Shown here piece by piece: positions 7,973 through 14,576 of a stretch of DNA of 18,211 nt (position 1 is the first letter of the stretch; the number at the start of each line of letters is the position of its first letter). Both the position numbers and the translations under genes were made by a program. The notes beneath the pieces were generated by a model. It worked only from the letters and a program-made list of their open reading frames with translations, had not been told where the DNA came from and did no database searches. This stretch comes from Elusimicrobiota bacterium (GTDB lineage Bacteria > Elusimicrobiota > Elusimicrobia > Elusimicrobiales > UBA9959). The stretch spans positions 1 to 18,211 of the forward strand of contig DAIENX010000029.1 in NCBI GenBank assembly GCA_027340875.1. The letters run 5' to 3'.

Positions 7973-8020
7973 CCTGCCGGGAAAGCTGGCGCTCCTCCGG
8001 CAGGCATATTTTAGCAATTA
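7973..8020 (-). promoter_or_regulatory. Extended -10 promoter (TGcTAAAAT) plus inverted repeat upstream of hicA
   Basis: Minus strand TAATTGCTAAAAT (8020-8008), then CCTGCCGGAGGAGC-GCCA-GCTTTCCCGGCAGG (8004-7973; 14-bp stem, one mismatch, two G-U) abutting the SD. Confidence 0.6.
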
Positions 8021-8032
8021 TGGCGCTGCGGC

Positions 8033-8057
8033 GAAACGACCGGCCCGACGGCCGGTC
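8033..8057 (-). terminator. Possible weak intrinsic terminator or 3' stabilising hairpin after the 135-aa gene
   Basis: GACCGGCC-GTCG-GGCCGGTC (perfect 8-bp stem, 8038-8057) right after the stop codon, followed only by GTTTC. Confidence 0.4.
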
Positions 8058-8465
8058 TCACTCGCCGCTGCGCGGTATGCGGCCGGCCAGCTTCCAGGAA
8101 ACGCCCGTCTTCCCGAAAGTCACCTGCACCAGCGAAATGGCTCCGTCGTCAAGGCTTTCGAAGACCAGCAGGCTGCGTCCGCCCTCGGTCATCACTCCCC
8201 GGCACTGGCCGTAGGATGACGGTATGCCGCCGGGCACCCCGGCTCCGACGTAAGCCGGCGTCTCGGTCCCCACGTCGGAGTCCTCGGCGTCGTATTTCGT
8301 CGAGTCGATAAGGACGCCGCTGTCTTCCTGCTCGTCCGCCGCCTTGGTCTGGGCGGCGGCCGGCTTGGCCTGGGCGGCCGCCGGCGCCTGCTGGGCCGGC
8401 TGGTCCTTGGCCAGCAGCACCCCGGCGCAAGCCAGGGCCAGTACAGCTGCCAACGCTTTCTTCAT
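8058..8465 (-). CDS. Secreted hypothetical protein (135 aa)
   Basis: SD GGAGG, signal peptide MKKALAAVLALACAGVLLA, Ala/Gln/Pro-rich then acidic linker, and a small beta-rich C-terminal domain. No family recognised. Confidence 0.8.
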   Translation of the reverse strand: MKKALAAVLALACAGVLLAKDQPAQQAPAAAQAKPAAAQTKAADEQEDSGVLIDSTKYDAEDSDVGTETPAYVGAGVPGGIPSSYGQCRGVMTEGGRSLLVFESLDDGAISLVQVTFGKTGVSWKLAGRIPRSGE

Positions 8466-8495
8466 ATCCTGCCTCCGTAGCCTCTTAAAGAAACT

Positions 8496-9290
8496 TCAAA
8501 ACCGCTTGAACTTCACTTTCCCTGTCCTTATCCCGAGCAGCTTCCGCGCCAGCTCCGAGAAGCGCTCCGGCGCGTCGCTGACGATGAACTCGGAGCGGCC
8601 GCCGCGCCCGCCGGACAGCAGGCCCCTCCTCGCCAGCTCGCCGAGCGCGGCCTGAGCCGCGGCCCTGGCCGAGTCTATTATCCTGACGCGGGGGCCGACC
8701 ACCCCGGCGATGACCTTCTTCAGCATCGGGTAATGCGTGCAGCCTAGTATCAGCACGTCGGCCTTGCCCCTGAACGGGGCCAGATATTCCCTGGCCACCT
8801 CGGAGGCCACGGGCTTCGAGCACCAGCCCTCTTCCACCAGAGGGACGAACAGCGGGCAGGCCTTCTCCGTGACCCTGACCCGGCCGCCGGAAAGGGCGCG
8901 GGAATATGCGCGGCTGGCCACCGTGGCGGAAGTGCCTATGACCAGCACCCGCCCTCCGGGAGGGGCCTCGCTCAGGGCCGCCCCCGCGCCGGGGGCTATC
9001 ACCCCCAGCACCGGCACGGGCGACATCGCGCGTATCGCGTCCAGGGCCAGCGACGAGGCGGTGTTGCAGGCGACCAGCAGCAGCTTTATTTTCCTGCCCA
9101 GCAGGAAGCCCGCTATCTCCCTCGAGAAGGCCCTTACGGCCTCGGGGGACTTGGTGCCGTACGGCACCCGCGCGGTGTCGCCGAAATAGATTATGTCCTC
9201 TCCGGGCAGCATCGCGCGGAGCTCCTTGAAGACGGTGAGCCCGCCCAGCCCGGAATCGAATATGCCTATCGGCCTTCGCGTGTCCTTCAT
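8496..9290 (-). CDS. murI: Glutamate racemase
   Basis: PIGIFDSGLGGLTV, GDTARVPYGTKS, catalytic VACNTAS and LGCTHYP. Confidence 0.97.
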   Translation of the reverse strand: MKDTRRPIGIFDSGLGGLTVFKELRAMLPGEDIIYFGDTARVPYGTKSPEAVRAFSREIAGFLLGRKIKLLLVACNTASSLALDAIRAMSPVPVLGVIAPGAGAALSEAPPGGRVLVIGTSATVASRAYSRALSGGRVRVTEKACPLFVPLVEEGWCSKPVASEVAREYLAPFRGKADVLILGCTHYPMLKKVIAGVVGPRVRIIDSARAAAQAALGELARRGLLSGGRGGRSEFIVSDAPERFSELARKLLGIRTGKVKFKRF

Positions 9291-9312
9291 GCCGTCAGCT
9301 CCGGCCGCGCCG

Positions 9313-10974
9313 CTACTTCCAGCCCTTCTTTTTGGCGTAGTCCTGGACGCCGCGGTAGATGGCGGAAGCTATCTTCTCCCGCACCTTGCCGCTGTTCATG
9401 CTCTTCTGGTCGTTGGAGTTGGTCATGAAGCCCATCTCCACCAGTATGCCGGGGGCGTAGGTGCCGCGCAGCACGTAGAAAGCCGCCTGCTTGACCCCGC
9501 GGTTCTTGAAAGGCGTGCGCTTCTCCATCTCCGCGCCGACGAAACCTGCCAGCTTGCTGCCCTCGTTGAGGTACTCGTTGCGGGCCATGGAATGCAGCAG
9601 CATCGCGGCCGGGTCCTGCTGGCCGCCGCCGTCCTCCATGCCGACCACGGAGTTCTCGTAGTCGGCCACCTGCGCCGCCCACGGATCGGAGGCTTTCTCC
9701 GACATGAAGTAGATCTCGAAGCCCTTCTCCCGCCGGTCGCTGGAGGCGTTGGCGTGGATCGAGATGAAGATGTCCGCCTTGAAATTGTTGGCTATCACGG
9801 AGCGGTCCGCCAGAGGGATGAACTCGTCGCTGCCCCGCGTCATCACCACGTCGAACGCGTCGTCCGCCTTCAGCAGCTTGTAGAGGTCCTCGGCGACGTA
9901 AAGGTTGATGTCCTTCTCCTTAAGGCCGAACAGCTTCCGGCCGCCCGGGTCCTTCCCGCCGTGTCCGGCGTCTATCACCACGCGCTTCTTGCCGGAGCTG
10001 ACGTCAATCTTGTCGGGGATGTTGGGCAGCACGGACGGCTGGAGCGGCTGCGAAGGCTGGGCCGGCGCGGCTTCGCCGCCGCCGGAAGGAGCTATCACCG
10101 GGGTTATCGAGGCGGCAACGGCTGCCGCTGCGGCCGGCGCGCCGGAGGCCGGGACGGCGGTGTCGGCCGAGCCGGGGGCCGCGGCCGGAGCGGAGGCGGA
10201 GGGAACCGGCGCGCCGCCGATGCCCTGGGGCACCGGCGCCATCTTCTTGGACACGTCTATGACCAGGCGGTCAGGGTCCGAAAGGCTGAACGCCTTCACC
10301 TCTCCGAAATTCTCGTCAGGGTCCAGCACCAGACGGGCGGTCTTGTTCTCCTGCAGCAGGTCCACGCCCTTCAGCACGCCGTCGCCTATGGGCAGCTTCT
10401 CCTCGCGGGCTATAACCCCGCCGAAAATATTGACCTTGTAGAGGTTGTTCTCCTTCTGCGAGGCCTGCCACTCCAACGGCTCCTCCATGTATACCACTAT
10501 GCGCGTCTTGTCCGCGTGCGAGAAGTAGTTGATGGAGGTGACGTTGACGGCGCGCTGCGCCGAGAGGGTGGAGGTGTCCTTGTTGAAATCAAGGCTGAAG
10601 CCGAAGGCCTCCGAGAAGTGGCCGGAGACGAAGAAGCTGAGCGCCAGGAAGGCTTTCCCGCCGCGCACTATCATAGGGTTAGGGTACTCCACCTTCTCGT
10701 CGTTGATCGTGATCGAGTCGGACTTCAGGAAGAACACCACCCTCTTGCCCTTTATCTGCAGCATCAGCTTCCCCGAGACCGGGTACCAGTAGATCTTGCC
10801 GCCTATGAGCTTCGCCGCCTCCGAGGCGTCCAGATAAGTGGTCCCGCCGAGGGCATAGGTGCCTATCTTGCCGGAATAGACGCCGTTCTTCATGTACGAG
10901 ATCTGGTCCACCCTGGCGTGAGCCGGGGCGCAGAACGCGCCGAGCAGGAATAGTATGGCTAAACGTTTCAGCAT
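9313..10974 (-). CDS. N-acetylmuramoyl-L-alanine amidase (Amidase_3; signal peptide, AMIN-like domains, Pro/Ala-rich linker)
   Basis: VVIDAGHGGKDPG, EKDINL, FISIHAN, ILVEMGF zinc/catalytic motifs. PDRLVID AMIN-like signature. AmiC-type blocking-helix motif AQVADYENS. Start moved to ATG 10974 (GGAG SD, signal MLKRLAILFLLGAFCAPAHA); the ORF-track start is 11034. Confidence 0.93.
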   Translation of the reverse strand: MLKRLAILFLLGAFCAPAHARVDQISYMKNGVYSGKIGTYALGGTTYLDASEAAKLIGGKIYWYPVSGKLMLQIKGKRVVFFLKSDSITINDEKVEYPNPMIVRGGKAFLALSFFVSGHFSEAFGFSLDFNKDTSTLSAQRAVNVTSINYFSHADKTRIVVYMEEPLEWQASQKENNLYKVNIFGGVIAREEKLPIGDGVLKGVDLLQENKTARLVLDPDENFGEVKAFSLSDPDRLVIDVSKKMAPVPQGIGGAPVPSASAPAAAPGSADTAVPASGAPAAAAAVAASITPVIAPSGGGEAAPAQPSQPLQPSVLPNIPDKIDVSSGKKRVVIDAGHGGKDPGGRKLFGLKEKDINLYVAEDLYKLLKADDAFDVVMTRGSDEFIPLADRSVIANNFKADIFISIHANASSDRREKGFEIYFMSEKASDPWAAQVADYENSVVGMEDGGGQQDPAAMLLHSMARNEYLNEGSKLAGFVGAEMEKRTPFKNRGVKQAAFYVLRGTYAPGILVEMGFMTNSNDQKSMNSGKVREKIASAIYRGVQDYAKKKGWK

Positions 10975-10995
10975 TTCTCTCATCTCCATGTCCGT

Positions 10996-11037
10996 CGGGA
11001 AGGGGGGCCGCCCCTTCCCGCTACTATTTAACAATTA
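10996..11037 (-). promoter_or_regulatory. Putative promoter (TAATTGTTAAAT) followed by a 10-bp leader hairpin upstream of the amidase
   Basis: AT-rich TAATTGTTAAAT (11037-11026) resembles the motif upstream of hicA. Perfect stem CGGGAAGGGG/CCCCTTCCCG (10996-11020) with no U-tract on the minus strand. Confidence 0.45.
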
Positions 11038-11057
11038 CCGGGCCTGCCCGCGCAACG

Positions 11058-12506
11058 CTATTCCAGTATTATCCGGTAGTCCTCCCAGGTCAGCTGCGGG
11101 TCCGAAGCCAGCTTGACGCTGCGGTGGACGTTCTTCTCCATCATGCTGACCTTCTTCTTCAGCACCTCGCAGAGGATCGGATGGGTAATCACGCGCAGGT
11201 TCCCGCCGGGACGGCCCATCGTGATGTTGTGTATCTCCCGCTGTATCTGTATGCGGATGCTCTCACTGGAGAGCACCCGGCCGGAACCGTGGCATTCCGG
11301 GCATTCCTCGGTCAGCAGGCTGTTGGTGCTCTCTCGCTTGCGCTCGCGCGTCATCTCCACGAGGCCGAGCCGGGTTATCGGCAGGATGCGGATCTTCGCG
11401 CGGTCGCGCGCCACCGCCGCCTCCAGCGCGCTGACAACCTTGCTGCGGTTGGAGGCCTTCTTCATGTCTATGAAGTCTATCACGATGATCCCGCCGATGT
11501 TGCGCAGCCGCAGCTGGCGGGCCACCTCCCCGGCGGCCTCGATGTTGGTGGCGGTGACCGTCTCCTCCTGGGACTTGCTGCCGGTGAAGCGGCCGGTGTT
11601 CACGTCTATCGCGCAGAGCGACTCCGCTTCCTGGATGATGATGCTGCCGCCGTTCGGCAGCGGCACCTTTATCTTGCGCAGCTCCTCTATGCCCTTCTCT
11701 ATGTTGAAGGCCTTGAAGATCGGCGTCTTGCTGTCGTAATACTTCACGCGGTCCTTCAGGTCCGGCGAGATCTTGGCCGCCAGCTCCAGCACGTTGTTGT
11801 AATCGTCCCTGTTGTCCAGCATGTAGATCGCGGTCTCGTCGGAAAGGATGTCGCGCGTGACCTGCATCGTCATGTCGAGGTCCTTGTGCAGCAGCGCGGG
11901 CGGCCGGGAACTGTCGTAGCGGCCCTGCACGGTGTCCCACATCCGCAGCAGGTACTTTATCTCCCGCTCCATCTCCTCCTCGGTGGCCCCCTCGGCCTCG
12001 GTGCGCACTATGCAGCCCTTGGTACCCAGCATCTTGGAGTCGGCTATCTTGCGCATGATCGCGGAAAGGCGCTTGCGCTCCCCGTCGTCCTCGATGCTCT
12101 TCGACACGCCGACGAAGTCCTGGAACGGCGTCAGCACCAGGTAGCGGCCCGGCAGCGAGACGTCCATAGTCACCTTCATGCCCTTGGTGCCGATGGCGTC
12201 CTTAGTGACCTGCACCATGACTTCCTGGTCCTTCTTCAGCAGCTTGTCTATCGCGTCCTTCTGGTTCCCGAGCACGTCGGAAATGTAGATATAGGCGTTC
12301 TTGTCGAGGCCTATGTCCATGAACGCGCTGGAGATGCCGGGCAGCACGTTCTCCACGCGGGCCTTGTAGATGTTGCCCACGATGTTGCCCGAGCTCCTGC
12401 GCTCCCAAAACAGCTCGCTGAGCTTGCCGTCCTCGAGTATCGCTATGCGCGTCTCCTCGAACGAGGTATTTGCGAAAATCTCTCTCTTTACTTTCTTGGT
12501 CGTCAT
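11058..12506 (-). CDS. rng: Rne/Rng family ribonuclease (RNase G-sized, no C-terminal scaffold)
   Basis: S1 domain (GNIYKARVENVLPGISSAFMDIG), AIDVNTG, LRLRNIGGIIVIDFIDM, GLVEMTRER, Zn-link CPECHGSG. 482 aa, SD AGGAG. Confidence 0.93.
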   Translation of the reverse strand: MTTKKVKREIFANTSFEETRIAILEDGKLSELFWERRSSGNIVGNIYKARVENVLPGISSAFMDIGLDKNAYIYISDVLGNQKDAIDKLLKKDQEVMVQVTKDAIGTKGMKVTMDVSLPGRYLVLTPFQDFVGVSKSIEDDGERKRLSAIMRKIADSKMLGTKGCIVRTEAEGATEEEMEREIKYLLRMWDTVQGRYDSSRPPALLHKDLDMTMQVTRDILSDETAIYMLDNRDDYNNVLELAAKISPDLKDRVKYYDSKTPIFKAFNIEKGIEELRKIKVPLPNGGSIIIQEAESLCAIDVNTGRFTGSKSQEETVTATNIEAAGEVARQLRLRNIGGIIVIDFIDMKKASNRSKVVSALEAAVARDRAKIRILPITRLGLVEMTRERKRESTNSLLTEECPECHGSGRVLSSESIRIQIQREIHNITMGRPGGNLRVITHPILCEVLKKKVSMMEKNVHRSVKLASDPQLTWEDYRIILE

Positions 12507-12527
12507 TTTGTCTCTCCTTGGGGATCG

Positions 12528-13205
12528 CTAAAAAACTTCCAGCCGGCCTCCCGAGCCGAACCAGTACAGCTCCTTGCGCACTATGCGCCTGAAAACGGGA
12601 CGGGCACCGGCCATCAGCTCGGCAGCCACCTCCGGCTTGATGTTCTTGCCGGGTTCGAGCTTCAGCGTGACCTTCAGCAGCGAGGCCGCAGGGTCGAACG
12701 AGGCCGATAGCACCGGGGCCCGGGCGTCGAGCATCTTGCGTTCTCCGGTGGACTTCACCTTCTCCCACTCCACGCTCTTGCGCGCCATGAAGGCGTCCAC
12801 GGCCGCGTCCGAGAAGCCGGCGGGGAAGTCGGCCTCCATGAAGTACTCCGCCGCGTTGACCGCCGCCTCTATGGCCGGGAAGAAGACCGGCACACGCTTT
12901 GCCGATACCAGCCTGAAATTATCGTCGTCGAAGGGGCGGATGCTCTCCGCGGCCGCCTCCTCTCTGGCGAACTCCTCCAGGTAGAGATCGGCGTATTCGC
13001 AGAGGCTCTCGTGGCCGGACGACGCCGCCGGGCCGAAGGCCATCTTCGGCACCGCCTGGCCGCCTATCCTGGCCGGCCAGAACTTCAGGCCCGAGCGCGC
13101 GGCCCTGGAGCGCAGCTCCCTTATCTGCTCGAGGTGCGTCATGTCCTTCGCCGCGGCGAGGCGCGCGAATTTGAGCCTTATGCGGGACTTTGGTCCTTCG
13201 TTCAT
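12528..13205 (-). CDS. DUF2344 / TIGR03936 'radical SAM-linked' protein
   Basis: RIRLKFAR...THLEQIR...AARSGL...PKMAFGPA..SGHES..EYADL fits the family pattern R.R..F.K...SHLD..R...RA...P+..F..AL..G..S..EY.D. Typical location between rodA and rng. Confidence 0.8.
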   Translation of the reverse strand: MNEGPKSRIRLKFARLAAAKDMTHLEQIRELRSRAARSGLKFWPARIGGQAVPKMAFGPAASSGHESLCEYADLYLEEFAREEAAAESIRPFDDDNFRLVSAKRVPVFFPAIEAAVNAAEYFMEADFPAGFSDAAVDAFMARKSVEWEKVKSTGERKMLDARAPVLSASFDPAASLLKVTLKLEPGKNIKPEVAAELMAGARPVFRRIVRKELYWFGSGGRLEVF

Positions 13206-13235
13206 AATGTAGCCTTACTAGTCCGGCCGCTCCGC

Positions 13236-14576
13236 TCAGACCAGCGCGTACCTCCTGGCGTAGACGGACTCCGCTATGCCGAGCGCCATCATAGTGGCGA
13301 CCAGGTTGGAACCGCCGTAAGAGACCAGCGGCAGCGGCACCCCGGCCACAGGGGCCAGCCCCAGCAGCATGCCGAAATTTATGCAGAAATAGACCAGGAA
13401 CATGCCCAGGACACCGCAGTTCACCAGGTAGCCGAAGCGGTCCCTTGCCAGTCGCGCGCCCAGCATGATGCGCCGCATCATCAGGGCGTACAGCCCGGTG
13501 ACCAGCAGCATCCCCCAGAAGCCCATTTCCTCGCCGACAACGGCCAGGATGAAGTCCGTGTGCCGCTCCGGCACGAAGCCGAGGCGCGACTGCGTGCCTG
13601 AGAAGATGCCGCGCCCGAGTATGCCGCCGGAACCAATGGCTATGCGCGCCTGCAGCAGGTTGTATCCCGCTCCGCGCGGATCCGACTCCGGGGACAGGAA
13701 GACTTCCAGACGTTTCTGCTGGTAATCCTTCATCTGGTTCTTCACCATGACACCCGAGAAGAAGCCGAGTATCAGCACCAGCGCCGCCCCGGCGAAATAG
13801 ACGCCGGACAGGTTGGCGTAGAGCTGCACCGACAGGCGCCACAGCAGCCAGAAGCCGAACGCCGCGGCCGCCACGAACACGGCCGCTCCGGCCCAGGAGT
13901 CCGAGAGGTGGAAGAAATAGGAGACGAGCGAGTTGTCGAGCAGCTCCGGGTTCAGGTTGATGATGGTCCACAGCACCGGGAAAAGGGCGGAGATCACCGC
14001 GTAGCCCACGATGATGGAAAGGTGGAAGACGCTGGCGCCGGCAGCGAACAGCATGATCAGCGCCACCGGGAAGGTTATCAGGATGGCCGAGAAGTCCGGC
14101 TGCTTTATCAGCAGCAGGAAGACCGGCACGCAGAGCGCGAAGGCGCCCAGCACCGTCCTCAGCTCCTTGATCTTCCCCATGCGCTTGTCGAGGAAATTGG
14201 CCAGCACCAGTATCAGACCGACGCGGGCGAACTCGGAGGGCTGTATCGAGAAGAAAGGCAGGCGGTACCAGGAGCGGGCGCCCTTGTCCACCACTCCGAT
14301 GAAGAGCACGCCGGCCAGGAAGACGAGCAGCGCGCCGTAGACGAACTTCCACTGGTCCTGGTAGACCTGGTAGTTGACGCTCCAGACGGCCGCCATAGCT
14401 ATCAGGGCCAGCGGGATGGCGGTGAACTGCACGCGCACGATACGCGTCTGCCCGGGCAGGGCGGCGACGGAGGAAAGTATGGCTATCGTGCCGATGGCCA
14501 GCAGGGCCATGGCCGCGATGAACAGGACCCAGTCCATCCTGTTCTTCTTGAGGGAGGCGCCGGGAGTGAATATCAT
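13236..14576 (-). CDS. rodA: Rod shape-determining SEDS glycosyltransferase RodA
   Basis: GARSW, SIQPSEFA, KQPDF, GYNLLQARIAIGSGG, PERHTDFI, GEEMGF, GVPLPLVSYGGS. ATGA overlap with mrdA. Confidence 0.96.
   Translation of the reverse strand: MIFTPGASLKKNRMDWVLFIAAMALLAIGTIAILSSVAALPGQTRIVRVQFTAIPLALIAMAAVWSVNYQVYQDQWKFVYGALLVFLAGVLFIGVVDKGARSWYRLPFFSIQPSEFARVGLILVLANFLDKRMGKIKELRTVLGAFALCVPVFLLLIKQPDFSAILITFPVALIMLFAAGASVFHLSIIVGYAVISALFPVLWTIINLNPELLDNSLVSYFFHLSDSWAGAAVFVAAAAFGFWLLWRLSVQLYANLSGVYFAGAALVLILGFFSGVMVKNQMKDYQQKRLEVFLSPESDPRGAGYNLLQARIAIGSGGILGRGIFSGTQSRLGFVPERHTDFILAVVGEEMGFWGMLLVTGLYALMMRRIMLGARLARDRFGYLVNCGVLGMFLVYFCINFGMLLGLAPVAGVPLPLVSYGGSNLVATMMALGIAESVYARRYALV

Noticed and set aside
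7960..8017. ORF-track TTG start (8017) for hicA, and a 15-codon uORF (ATG 8007, MPAGGAPAFPAGRKI) ending in an ATGA overlap with hicA
   Set aside because: Both starts lie in or right next to the predicted -10 box and lack an SD. The HicA pattern begins at ATG 7963. The uORF does not resemble HicB.
10012..10242. Pro/Ala/Ser-rich repetitive stretch in the amidase
   Set aside because: Ordinary low-complexity interdomain linker with no discrete tandem DNA repeat.
10996..11020. Perfect 10-bp hairpin as the rng terminator
   Set aside because: No U-tract follows on the minus strand and it lies downstream of a promoter-like motif, so I treat it as a leader hairpin.
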